Below are positions 10,805 through 22,998 of a stretch of 64,000 nt of DNA, piece after piece. The DNA is from Podarcis filfolensis (Eukaryota), in the NCBI GenBank assembly GCA_964270895.1, contig OZ185449.1; one strand, 5' to 3'. Numbering within the stretch: the first letter of the stretch is position 1; each line of letters starts with the position of its first letter. Under the pieces are notes generated by a model that saw only the letters and a list, made by a program, of their open reading frames with translations, was not told where the DNA came from and ran no database searches. The position numbers and the translations under genes were made by a program.

Positions 10805-12242
10805 ACTGGCCAGTGAGGTGATCCATTGCTCTCATAAGCACCCTTAACAAACTACAATTCACAGAAGGCCGCCAATTTCTGGTTCGCCTCAGGTGCCAAA
10901 ATATATGAGCCTTTGTAGCATTCAAATAATGCAGCATTCCAAAGGGTGACCCTCCTGCATTCTGGAATGGTAGATCCCAGTGGAATCACAGCTCTGGTTG
11001 TGTGGCTCTTGATTCCCCTGTTCTAAACTGCAGTGGACAAGGCTGTCTGCTGTCATCACGGCTCTGACGATCAGTACTGTAACTCCCACCTATTGTGCCA
11101 ATTCATCAGGGTGGCTTTGAAGCATTGCAATCTGCCTTTATATTCCAGGCTTTCCTGAATACTGAATTTTAAATAACAGCAAAACTGGAGGCTGTTGCAA
11201 ATCAGGTACAAATCACACACTGAATATTCAGAGCTTTCTGATTTGTTGCTTGGGGTGTCAGAATTAATTAGTTATTGAGGAAATGAGAGCTGCCACCATC
11301 AGAACAAGGTTCGGGTTTTTCATCAAGTTTTTAGATTTCGGCAAAAAACACATACTTTACCCCTACAATGAAAACAGAAAACAGCTTAATTATTCCCATT
11401 ACATCCTCCAATCACCTCTGTCATGCTCCTTTTGATTCAGTGACTTGCCAGGATTTACCCATTGGCACAATAGATATTTTTAGGCACATTGTGAATTTTT
11501 TGACTAGCTCACTGGCGCATACAAATTATCCATTTAAGCATTGATTTGAAAATAATAATATAGAGCGCCTCAGCAGTGTGTCAGGAAGGCATCAAATGGA
11601 GTTGTTCTGTAATTGTAGGCAACAGTTTACAGTGTTGAAGTAGTGGAGGGGAGAGATCATTTTAAGTTTCAAATGATCCTAGGGTGGTTGAAGCTAGGAG
11701 AATTGATGAAGCAGCTTCACCATTCTGACGAAAGAACCTCATGACCTCCAGATCCCTTTCCCCTATCAATTATGGCAGGTGGTAATAGGGCTCTTTCTGC
11801 AGTGGTGCTTGCCCCATTGAATGACTTCCCAGTTGAGCTTTGACAGGCACCAACACCAGTGCAAACATGGCTTTTTGAAAGAAGTATTGCTGGCCAATCT
11901 TTTAAGCAATGCATCTCCCATTGGGCTAGTACAGTTCCATCAGGGCACTAATAACCTTAACATCACCTTTGACCTCAGCCTAGACCAATCCACACAAGAG
12001 GTTCCATTTCTGCATGCTGCTCTGCCACTCCCTAATGGATATGTAAGCCAGGGGTAGCCAATGGAGAGGTGCAACGGTGCGTGCCTGGCCTCCTATAAGT
12101 GGCATTGCTGTGCTGATACTGGAAGGGGAGGAGAGGTTGGTACATGCTTACTTTCCCACCACTTTCCCCTCTTGGCAAATGCGCTGATACTACTGCCAAG
12201 AGTCCACAAGCCTTACCAACCTTCCTCTCCAGCCACCCTGAT

Positions 12243-12750
12243 ATAAGTACCACCTGATACTGGAAACCCACTTACATGCTTCACTCCACTTTCAGCTTTC
12301 ACCTAGGAGGACACAAAAAGCATTGTCTTCAAACAAGCCCTACAATACCATCACATCTGTTCAGGTTCATCATACAGAGACTCACAACTCAGGAATTTGC
12401 ACCAGGCATTCCTCAGACTATGACACCTACCCAATGATGTGAGAGGTTGGGGAAGCAGATATAATCAAGGTCAGGCCGGTGTCAAAGAATAATCCACTAC
12501 AGGACAACTCAATATGTGAAAATGACAGAACACCACTTCTCGTCACTTAACAGCTCCCAGCTGAAGCCACTCAAATTTGTCACCAGTTACTAACAGCCCT
12601 TAGTGGACAATTATACTTCTCTCACACAAGCCTTGGGTACTGGCCTGTACTTGCCCCCAGACAGCCCCTTCCCAACCTAAAACAGCTACTCACCCGAAAC
12701 AATAGGCCACATAACTGAGACATAGACACAGGCCTCAGATGCCAACCCTA
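12243..12750 (+). mobile_element. Penelope-like element fragment (RT C-terminal region), degraded
   Basis: With frameshifts reads ISTT*YWKPT..., SIVFKQALQYHHICSGSSYRDSQLRNLHQAFLRL*, ENDRTPLLVT..SQLKPL, RQPLPNLKQLLTRN. These match Penelope-type motifs STTLYRKPT, KSIVYSQALRY, RTPLVVTY and RQPPNLKQLL. Confidence 0.8.
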
Positions 12751-13838
12751 TCTTCATGCACAGTTTTGAAACATCTAATAATGTCTTCTACAACAGTCAG
12801 TCAGGGCTGAGTCTGTTCAGGGTGCTTAAACTCCACGAGTTGTCCAGGAATGCCTGCCTCATGTTAGTGTCAGGTCTACCTATGAAGCTTCCCTCTCCAC
12901 ATGAGCCTCTGTGGCCTTGGGAGGGAATGGATTGGGTCCAGGGCCTCTGATTTTGTCACCAGAAACAAACTCTATGTAGGTCTAGCTGTGGGTTTGCAGA
13001 AAGCTGGGTTCATTTGAATCAAGCAACAATATCAGGATATAGCTTTTTTTTTCTTGTTTCCATGGAAATTGGGGCAGGGGAGGTCTTTTCTCTTTTAATT
13101 TTGTCAGCTTTCTGAGTTCAATTACAAGCCAAAATAGCACCATGCAATTATGGCAGTAATGTATTCTTATACTTACATTCAATTTTAATTACAGAGCTAT
13201 TTTGACAAATCCATCAAGTATGTGTAAAAAAAAACACACCAGAAAAAAACAACCATGTATCACAAAACCATTGCACAAAAATAAAACTCAAATCCCCAAA
13301 CAACTGTTACATTTCTTTTGGCAACAGTTGTTAAGGTTGCTTGAGAAGACTGAGAAGTAACATAATATGCTAGGAGCACGGAGTTACTTGTATTTTTAAT
13401 AAAATGAACTTGTGTGTGAGTGTGCAATAAGAACTTCAGAGGGCTGATGTTGAGAGAGGACATGGCAAGCTACATAAAGGGGACCCGAACAGCCTCTATC
13501 AGCAGCCATACTACCAGGTTACATCAAAGGCTGAAGTGAGACAGAGAGGCTTCCTCCATTAGCCTGGCTGGGAGCAGGTTTTGTTTGGCACCTCCTAGGA
13601 CTAGGTGAACACGTCAATTTCAGTGTCTCCCATTTCTCATTTTTCCAAAACAGATGACATGTGAAATGCATGATTGCATTCCATGTATCTGGTTCTGCTC
13701 CATTAAACAGCAGTTGTTGTGTGGGAAATACTGTTAAAGACTAGAAGTGCAGAGAGTAACGCCAGCATTGTAACCTGTTGAGGGAGCTTATAATGGAGGC
13801 CTGGTAAGAAATCTTTACAAATAATGTAAATGAATAAA

Positions 13839-14292
13839 TTAGGACATGCAGATTTTATGCAAATCTGTGTCATCTTTGTTGTTGATGATGTGTTTCCTCT
13901 CTTTTGGTAATTTGTAAGAGGACAATGATTTGTACTCAGACAATGTTTCACCTTCCTCATTTATAACACATATCAGAGACCCATCCCCAAAATCTTGGAA
14001 CTGGTCCCTGAACAGACTCCAAATACCTTTTGTTACTTGAAGGGCAACATCAGCAACAGCTTTCAAACATCTGTGCCAGCATAGAAGAGTGGGCTGGGCT
14101 GCCTGGCCCTTCTCCATAAAAATCTTAGCAGTCCCTGAAGGAATAAAATATGAAGCTTTTAAAAGAACCACTATAAACCCAAGAGCAAGGCTGACTGGAG
14201 TAATAGCTGTATATCTCCAGACTGCAGGGAAGGCTGGTACCCTGTGACTCAGGAGGACGTTTTGGGAGCTAACTACTAAATCATGGATGAGC
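13839..14292 (-). CDS. Candidate terminal coding exon of an unidentified gene (150 codons, one hydrophobic segment)
   Basis: Open frame LIHDLVVSSQNVLL...DLHKICMS* directly follows a good acceptor (gtgtatttccttttAG|G at 14293-14294). The other two frames stop within 5 codons. No TE signature. Protein family not recognised, so a chance ORF is not excluded. Confidence 0.3.
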
Positions 14293-14654
14293 CTAAAAGG
14301 AAATACACACACACACACGAGAAAATGACAGTGAAGCCATACAGGCCAAACAAATGTCCCAAAGTAGCACTATAATGTGGGATGAGAGAGCAGGGCCACT
14401 TCCAAAATTCATAATTATTTTCAAATATTCTGCTTGAAACAAGAGGGCCCATACCTGCCCCCGGGGACACAGACACACAGGGGAAGCAAGGTGTGATTTG
14501 TCATGTCCATGGATATGACTGCTCGTTTCCTGATATGATTTGCATTATTACAGTGGCTGTAAAATGTGGCTATTTCCCATAGCAAAGCTGGCTGTACAAT
14601 TTTCAGGATTCTGACTCCTACTGAAAGAACAGAAGAAAACACTGCAGTGTTACA

Positions 14655-14990
14655 ACTTTTCCAGATTCTCCAAGTGGCCCTATTTTCCAGGGACATCCCT
14701 GATTTAGAGACGCCATCTGGGTTTCTGCTTTGATCCCACAATATCCCACATTTCCTTAGGATGTCCACATTTTCATTGGAGAAATGTCGGAGGGTATGGA
14801 GTTACCCAACCCCCAAGCAATCCTGTATAGGGAAGGTTTTTTTTTTAATCTTTCATGTTTTATTCTGTTTTTATATAAGTTGGAAGCTGCCCAGAGTGGC
14901 TGGGGCAACCCAGTCAAGATGGTTGGGGTATAAATAGTGAAATTATCATTATGGAATGGGACGTTCCCTATTTTCATCAGAGAACAGGGT
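14655..14990. mobile_element. hAT-type MITE remnants interrupted by an L2 3' tail (about 14870-14950)
   Basis: gggacatccctgatttagagacgcc...ggagaaatgtcggagggtatg. Motif ccctattttcatcagag...gggtatg recurs at about 14965-14990. L2 tail gttggaagctgcccagagtggctggggcaacccag. Confidence 0.55.
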
Positions 14991-16777
14991 ATGCTGTTCT
15001 ATGCCCTCAAAGGTGGAGAATGTGGTCTACAGTAGGGAAAGGCGAACTCTGCTTTAAATATGTTGTGCTGCATAATTTGAGGAATATCCAAGTGGCAGGC
15101 AATGCAAAAGACAGAATTAGAGAAATGTCGCCCACACATTGTATAAACATAAAAGGAGACACACAGGGAGATAAGAGGTGGAGAGGCAGGTCCAACCTTG
15201 CCAGGTTGGAGGGGGAAAGTGCTGAGCCCGGGGGGGGGGGGTGAGCATGATTTGCCATTCCCTTATCTACTACCCAAGACAATTGCCTCAGTATGCAGAA
15301 TGGCATCTGCACTGGCCTGCACAGATTGTAAAGTACAGAGTCCAACAAGGTGTGCAACCTTACCCTTTTAATTCCACAAACCTCTGAAGGGCTTCTTGCA
15401 AAATGGCTATGTAGGAGGCAATCCTAGAGCAAGATTCACTGGGATGAGCAGCTTTGGACGCAGTGGCTCAGACAGCTGATTCCTGTCACAGCTGGGCTCA
15501 GCTGGACTCAGTCCCCAATCCTAGCTCAGCCAAAGATGCACCAGTGCAACTTGTTCATCCCAGCTCAGCTGGCTGAGCTGTGGCCAGTGTAAGTCCCCCA
15601 AAAGGGGTGTGGAGAAGGTGGGACCAATAGTGGGGAATATAGGGTGGATACTAAGCCTATCTGCTTGGTCATGTGATCTGCCAACCCAGTGTATAACACT
15701 CCTTTAAATGCTTATTTAAAAGCAAGGCTGAGGCAGATCAGCAGCAACTTTGCTGATGGAAGAGATTTGGTTCTAGTATAACTTTATGCCAGCTTAATTT
15801 ACACCATTCCTGCCGTTTGTGCATAGAGCTGCTCCTGTAGTCAACTTGGACTGCACCTGTGAACAAGTTTGCACTGTTAGAATGCTGAACTAGGCTAACT
15901 CTATAGGTTCACCAGGAACAGCGTTTTCTGATAGCTAAACTCTACGGCAACCTCAGGAGGTCATGTTACAAAAGGCCCATCACAATCTCCAGATTGCTCG
16001 TAATGGGAAGCATTAGCAATAAAACCTTCAGTTGATTTTGAAGGAGAATAAAAAATGCATTCCAGTCTCTCTGTTCCTGATTGCTATAAATATGTATTTG
16101 AATGACTTTCACAGTTGCAGATTGCCTTGTATGTCATATTTATGGAGGGAAATCTGTATCTATAATGCGACTCCAAGTGTTAGTGCTGTGATTTCAGAGT
16201 TAGTTAAATGCTTTTCTCCCCCCCACCCCCCACCATACATATCCATTTTCCATGCCATGAAATAATTAATAAATACAGGCAGGCAGATAGTGACATTTAT
16301 TGTTGCTGGGTAGATTCAGTTAAAGAGGTGGGTACAAATAAATTGTGATTAATAATAAATAAATATATATTCAGATATTGGGATCACAGTGACATATTTC
16401 TTCTTTTCCTTCTTCTAAAAGTCAGAAATATTGCCATGCTCACCTCGCTTTTTTGAGCAGTGAAATGAACTTTCAGGGGTGTGGAACTTATGCCGGTTTT
16501 GTTTCTCCTGGAAGGAGGTGACTGGAGATTCAAAGCATTTGTCATAGTTGCTCTCATTTACAAGCATGCAGGTTGAACATGGGTGAAGAACTGCTTCAAG
16601 CACCCCAGCCTGTCAGCCCACCAGATTCATTGCACTGTGTCAGATTTCCATACAGACCACTAACAGCTTTCCAAAATGCTTCAAATGTATTTTTGTTCCA
16701 ATGTCTTGCTTCCTGACTACACACACACAGTGTGTGTGAAGGCTACAGCTTTCTATCCTGATCCATGGTTTAGTATA

Positions 16778-17019
16778 CAGTGGTACCTCAGGTTAAGTAC
16801 TTAATTCGTTCTGGAGGTCCGTACTTAACCTGAAACTGTTCTTAACCCGAAGCACCACTTTAGCTAATGGGGCCTCCCGCTGTTGCCGCGCCACCGGCGC
16901 ACGATTTCTGTTCTCATCCTGAAGCAAAGTTCTTAACCTGAAGCACTATTTCTGGGTTAATGGAGTCTGTAACCTGAAGCGTATGTAACCTGAAGCGTAT
17001 GTAACCTGAGGGACCACTG
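16778..17019. mobile_element. Tc1/mariner (Tigger/pogo-like) MITE
   Basis: TIRs CAGTGGTACCTCAGGTTA / TAACCTGAGGGACCACTG. TA flanks at 16776-16777 and 17020-17021. Internal repeat aacctgaagcgtatgt x2. Confidence 0.92.
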
Positions 17020-17884
17020 TATGCATGGATATTTTTTATGTACATTATGTACAACACTCAGATGATGGAGGGAAAGGTTGGGGGTCTTTTTATTAAATCA
17101 AGAAGCACCCTCCAGGACTCCTTGTTTTAGCCATGATTCTGTCTTTAATCCCCCAGATCCAGGCAATTACGGGGGGGGGGCATGGTGGCAATGGGACAAA
17201 TAATCCTCCCTAGTAATCTAAATTCATTCTAAAAATGGGATAGGAAAGGCCTGCCTTTATCCCATCCAGAAGATTTAAGGAAGATCCAGCAACATTCAGC
17301 TAGCAATACAAGGAACTGATTTTAAGATTGGAAAACTGAGAAACTGAGAGAAACTAAAAATTACAAGATTCATCCATTCCTACTAATCTGACCACATCGG
17401 TCTGATTCAGCCAATGGATTAATTGGTTATAGTGTGTATGAATTATTGTTCAAGATCAACCACCCGACCCTACCAACTAAACATTCCAGGACAGAGGACT
17501 TTGAAGAATAAGAGACACAGAAATCATATGGTAAATTAGGTCATTGGCCTCCAAATATAGTTAACTCCGATCCACTTAGCACATTCATTTTAATAAATTC
17601 CACCATTTATTTGTTTTTTAAAAGAAAATGCCCAACCATCTCTGGTGAGATATTAATAATCCTCCTGACTGGTGATCAACTTTGAACTTTCCAAACCAAT
17701 ATATGAACAAAACACAGCTCTCCTTCAAAGTCTGCACTTTCCAAATTTTGTAATGCATTTCTCCAACTGAATAATGCATTCATTAGTGAAAATGATGTAT
17801 CAAATTGCATTTTGGGGGAGAAAATGCATGTAGCCAGGCGAAATTGAATACAAAAATGTATATACTTAGAGAAATATGCATCCT

Positions 17885-18030
17885 GTTGCCATCCTCTTCT
17901 CATAGTGGCCAACCAGATGTCTAATGGAAGCCTGCAAGTAAGACCTGAGCACAACAGCCCTCTCCTCTCCTGTGGTTTCCAGAAAGTGGTATTAGGAAGC
18001 ATCACTGCCTCCAGTACTGGAGGCAGAGCA
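17885..18030 (-). mobile_element. CR1 3'UTR fragment
   Basis: ctcatagtggccaaccagatg...gacctgagcaca...ggtattaggaagcatcactgcctcc...ggaggcagagcata, shared with the CR1 pieces at 29810-30245 and 56150-56870. Confidence 0.7.
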
Positions 18031-18684
18031 TAATAATTTAATAATAATAATAATTTATTATTTATTCCCCGCCCATCTGGCTGGGCCTCCCCAGCCACTC
18101 TGGGCGGCTTCCATAGAAACCAAAAATACAGTAAAATATCACACGTTAAAAACTTCCCTGAACAGGGCTGCCTTAAGATGTCTTCTGAATGTCAGGTAGT
18201 TGTTTATCGCTTTGACATCTGATGGGAGGGCGTTCCACAGGGCGGGCGCCACTACCGAGAAGGCCCTCTGCCTGGTTCCCTGTAGCTTTGCTTCTCGCAA
18301 TGAGGGAACCGCCAGAAGGCCCTCGGCGCTGGACCTCAGCGTCCGGGCAGAATGATGGGGGTGGAGACGCTCCTTCAGGTATACTGGACCGAGGCCGTTT
18401 AGGGCTTTAAAGGTCAGCACCAACACTTTGAATTGCGCTCGGAAACATACTGGGAGCCAATGTAGGTCTTTCAAGACCAGTGTTATATGGTCTCGGCGGC
18501 CGCCCCCAGTCACCAGTCTAGCTGCCGCATTCTGGATTAGTTGTAGTTTCCAAGTCACCTTCAAAGGTAGCCCCACGTAGAGCGCTTTGCAGTAGTCCAA
18601 ACGAGAGATAACCAGAGCATGCACCACTCTGGCGAGACAGTCTGCAGGCAGATAGGGTCTCAACCTACGTACCAGATGGATAAA
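18031..18684 (-). mobile_element. Young 5'-truncated L2 LINE with uninterrupted ORF2 C-terminus
   Basis: ORF 18139-18687 encodes VVHALVISRLDYCKALYVGLP...LQLIQNAAARL...LHWLPV...FKVLVLTFKAL...RAFSVVAPALWNALP. (TTA)n tail. Possible TSD cataataa/cataacaa. Confidence 0.97.
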
Positions 18685-18764
18685 CATAACAATGAGTAGT
18701 CATTTATAGCCTCCAAGAAAATACATTCAAATATTCATTTAGACTTTTCTTTAAAAGAAAGAGA

Positions 18765-18866
18765 TGCAAATATATGAAGAAAAGTGGGGGCAGGGAGGGA
18801 CCAAGCTTAAGACAGAAGAAATGAGAAACTGAGAGAATCTAAAATGGACAGATTTCTCCATCCCTA
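18765..18866 (+). mobile_element. 3' end of an Ac-like hAT non-autonomous element
   Basis: gaaatgagaaactgagagaatctaaaatggacagatttctccatccctA; same family as 31592-32000. Confidence 0.6.
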
Positions 18867-20739
18867 AATAAATGAGGTTGTTTTGTATGTTGCAAAGGAA
18901 TCAAAGACCATGAAAGTTGTTTCTATAGCTAGCCTCCTCCCCACCACTTCCCCATTCATCTGCTCATTCAACTGATCAAAATTAAACTGCAATTTTTCAA
19001 CCCAGGATTCCTTTCCTCTTCTGATAGTTAAAATTTTCACCGGTTCCCAGAGAACTCTGTAGCCAGTGCAGTGCAATAAGCACATGATGGATGGTTTTAA
19101 TTCTATATTCTCAGGCCTTCTTCGATGTTGCTTCAGCACCAGTGAGAACTCGGTGCTGAATTAAATCAATGCCACATCTGCTTATTGCTATGGCTCCAGT
19201 GTCCACAGGGTATATAAGCTTACATAGATTTCCGAAACTGAAACCAAAACTTCTCACTACAACCCGAAGACAAATGCAAAATTCTGTAATAAGAATCAAT
19301 GTCTAAACATCTTCTTTTAATTCCATGCTAGCTGGGGGCTATATTTTTGACTGGGAGGTAAAAACAACCCCGTGTCAGAAAAGAAAGGGTTGGGGATCTG
19401 CTCTGGGAATTAAACAGAAGAACATAAGAAGAGTCTTGCTGAATCAGACCAGGATCTGTTTTCCAGGATCTTATCATAGGAAGTATACTCTCTCATGGGG
19501 ATGCTTCAAAAATTATCACCTGTACTTTCTCTTTGGCTTTTGGAGTTTTGAGTTAACAAGCCTTGTTTCTAAAGCAGAACTGATGCTATGGGGATTCTCC
19601 ATTATTCATTGCTGTTGTTTTCATTTCCAAATTTTGTACATATTGCACTACACGTTTGGTTTGTTGCCCTACTTGTCAGTTCCATTAGCTCACGTGTACC
19701 CTCTGTAATACCAGTATGCATGTGTGCATTTGATAAAATACTGCCACTAAAAGGAGACTCCAATCTTGCTGTTATTATAGGCACTGTTGCCTCAAGATTC
19801 TTTTGTGTGTGATGTTTTTACTGATCAGCCTGATTCCCTGTGTGCCTTGATAAAACACCTCCCCCCTCCAAAGGCCACTGAAGATGATTGTATGGATGGA
19901 TGCTTCAAGAGTGCTTTTATGTGGCTGACAGAATTTTCTCTATGTGAACCTTCAGAGCCTTCTCATACACCATAGTCGTTCTTGTGGGTCTAGGAATTGA
20001 GACCCTTCTCATCATAGGATCTATAACTGGCTCTTAAATTTCTCATCCTCCAGTGCCCTCCTTATCTCTAGCTCACCATTGGATTTTTGCAACTGTTATA
20101 TCCACCCAGTCTTCCTTTTCAGATCCTTACTCCAATGACCCTATTGCCCCCTAAGGCTACTGCCTGACATGTAATCCTTCCTGGGATCTGTACTTGTATT
20201 CCTCTCCCACCCTCATTTCCCCGTAGCATTCTAAGCAGTGCATTGCACTGCAGTGATCTAATCCACTCTGCTCCTCTGCTCCTGGTAGCTGCCTCTTTTG
20301 CAGCCTTGGTGTGTGCATGAACTGTCCCCTGATTAGCCAGTGCTGTGGCATCCCTCTCCCAGCCTGTGTTTGCATCGGGTTAGGCTGCAAGAGGAGCAGC
20401 CACCTCTCTCTCTCACTGGTGTTTCACCAATGTGCAAGACCACATCTGCACATTTGTAAAACAATGCACAGAAAGAGCCTTGATGCAATCATATGAACAT
20501 TCACATGAATGTTGAATATGGCCAGTGTATTATTTCTGCAATATCCGTTTTTTAAGAATGGGGTGGGGGAGTCACAAATAAACTGGAGGAATGAAAACTA
20601 AGACCAACTGTGCATGCTTTGATTCTGGAATTAATGTTAGCATTTATTTGCATTAAAGCAGAATTCAGGTCAACTGGGACAATGGCAGAATGATGCAGAG
20701 CGACTATAAAGGAACATAATGGGAGAAAGTCTATTGCCC

Positions 20740-20960
20740 CTGCTGCCTCTGGACATTAAGTCTCCATTTTCAGCTGTCATGGCTAAGAGCTATCACTAGA
20801 CTTACCCTCCATGAATTTCTCTAATCCTTTTTTAAAGACATTGTGAGAATCACTACAGCTTGTTTAGCAACAAATTCAACATGTTGATAATTTCATGTTA
20901 TATCCTTTTGTTTGTTCTAAATCTGTTGCCAATTAATTTTATTGGATGGATCCAAGTACA
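20740..20960 (-). mobile_element. Old CR1 remnant
   Basis: ccctccatgaatttctctaatccttttttaaag...tatccttttgtttgttctaaatctg; matches the CR1 RT end/3'UTR junction. Confidence 0.6.
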
Positions 20961-21413
20961 AAAATATTTTTGGTGTTTTAATGGTTCTAGCATTGTTTAG
21001 TATTCTATAGACCTCTTTCATTCCTGCTTTAATCACCCTGTGAGCTTGGGGGCTTCCATTAGGCATCTAGTTGATCACTGTGAGAACAGAATGCTGGACT
21101 AGAGAGGCTTTTGGTCGTATCCACCAAAGTTGCTCCCAGGAATGCTGGGAGGGAAAGATCAAATCACTTCCTGGACCCACCCAGTCAATGCCCTATGGCT
21201 AGCTATAAAAAGCCAAAGTGGGCAAGGGTCAAGAGGGAGGTGGTTGGTGACACTTCTTCAGCAGCTTGTCCATATCTTCCAGTTGCAATCATCTAATCTG
21301 ATTCAATATAAATAGAGAAAACAATTGCATTTGACTTGCTCAAACAGTGGCATCCAAGTCTGTCCAAATCTGAGTAATCTTAGCCCTATTTAATACCTTA
21401 GCTATGTAGTTCT

Positions 21414-21776
21414 GGGATGCGGGTGGCGCTGTGGGTTAAACCACAGAGTCTAGGACTTGCCGATCAGAAGGTTGGCAGTTTGAATCCCCACGATGGGGTG
21501 AGCTCCCATTGCTCAGTCCCTGCTCCTGCCAACCTAGCAGTTCGAAAGCACGTCAAAGTGCAAGTAGATAAATAGGTACCGCTCCGGCAGGAAGGTAAAT
21601 GGTGTTTCCGTGTGCTGCTCTGGTTCGCCAGAAGCGGCTTAGTCATGCTGGCCACATGACCCGGAAGCTGTCTGCAGACAAACGCCGGCTCCCTCGGCCT
21701 ATAGAGCGAGATGAGCGCGCAACCCCAGAGTCGTTCATGAATGGACCTAATGGTCAGGGGTCCCTTTACCTTTACT
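21414..21776 (+). mobile_element. Sauria SINE, full length
   Basis: GGGATGCGGGTGGCGCTGTGGGTTAAACC...GGTCAGGGGTCCCTTTACCTTTAC. Perfect 11-bp TSD TATGTAGTTCT (21403-21413, 21777-21787). Confidence 0.97.
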
Positions 21777-21865
21777 TATGTAGTTCTAGAAGGCTAGGCT
21801 GCTATCCATACTTTTTATTGGTGGGGAGCAAGTTCTAGTGAACTCAGTGGGTCCTACATCTGAGT

Positions 21866-22572
21866 GGGGATGAAGGAGAAATTTGATCAAGTTCACATTT
21901 AAAGCTGAATCAAAGTGTGGGAACCAAAACACAGCCATCCTATCCAATTTGCATTTTCCCCCTGCATTTTGCAATTCTGTGGTCCAGCCAAACAATCTTT
22001 ACAAAAATGCATGAATTGTTAGCAGACCTTGCAGCTTGGGTGAATTAGATCAGAATAATCAGTTTCTGGAGTTCAAAGGCTTTATTCATGCATGATAAGT
22101 GGAGAGAGAAAAGAGAAAACATTTTCCAGGAGAGAACACCCAACAAAAGTGGCTCAGCTTTTAGGGGTGGAGTTAACTTGGACAAAGAAAAAATTATAAG
22201 CAGGTGCAGGCTTGATTCCTAGATGAGCAGTGCCCTTGTGTGATTTAAAGCAACACATGCTTTAATTAAAGTTCAGGAGAAGGAAATATATTTGCTTTTC
22301 TCCAGCATATATTAGATAAAAGTGTGCATGGAAATGAACAAATTAATGAATAATAACATACAAAAATGCATTCTGTTACGAGAAATTGCTTGCAAAAAAA
22401 TGTACAGTAGTCAAAACGGCATACAAAAATGAGTCTATTTTAAAAAATATGTACTAAGTATTTGCATAATTGTTTATTTAAAAAATCACAAATTGCTGCA
22501 AAAATGTGGAGAACTGAAATTAAGAATGGAAGAATGAGAAATTGGGAGAACTAAAATTGGCAGGCCCTGCCT
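21866..22572 (+). mobile_element. Ac-like hAT non-autonomous element, degraded or interrupted
   Basis: Start ggggatgaaggagaaatttgatcaagttcacatttaaag and end gaactaaaattggcagg match 31592-32000. Confidence 0.5.
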
Positions 22573-22815
22573 CTGAATTGATATGTTTATAAAGCTGTAA
22601 ATTAGAAAGTGTCATCCTTCCCCCCCCCCCCGCCTTGTGATCTGGAATCACAAGTTCATGAAGTTATCAGCTGACCTTAGGCAATACATCTTCAACCTCT
22701 TTCCCTATCAGCAGTATGATAAATAATATCATAATAAAGATCTGCATTACAGTGCTATTGTAAGGATGGCTGAAGTAGCATATTTTGTAAATTCCCAAGC
22801 TCCATATCAGTGTTG

Positions 22816-22998
22816 CATAGGAAGCTGCCTTATGCTGAATCAGTCCATTGTTCCATGTAGTCCTGTGTTGCTTACACTGATTGGCAGTGGTACTCCATGG
22901 TTTATTGCAGGGAGCTTTTCCATCCCTACCTGGAGATGCCAGCGATTGAACATGGAACCTTCAGCAGATGCTTTACCACGGAGTCCTAGCCCTTCCTC
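22816..22998 (-). mobile_element. tRNA-Ala-like SINE
   Basis: cataggaagctgccttatgctgaatcagtccattg...ctacctggagatgccagcgattgaac on +. Confidence 0.75.

Noticed and set aside
13703-13960. ORF with a GPI-signal-like C-terminus
   Set aside because: No acceptor site leads into it, and it overlaps the better-supported frame.
15364-15423. 60-nt candidate exon (IASYIAILQEALQRFVELK)
   Set aside because: Its acceptor is the taggattgc end of a MITE-like repeat starting at about 15417, so it is probably coincidental.
18005-18026. Perfect 22-bp palindrome CTGCCTCCAGTACTGGAGGCAG
   Set aside because: Coincides with the ctgcctc..gaggcag stem present in the CR1 3'UTR family (compare 56203 and 56635), so it is explained by the repeat.
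17676-18098. 140-aa minus-strand ORF
   Set aside because: Composite of an L2 tail, a CR1 3'UTR and hAT sequence.
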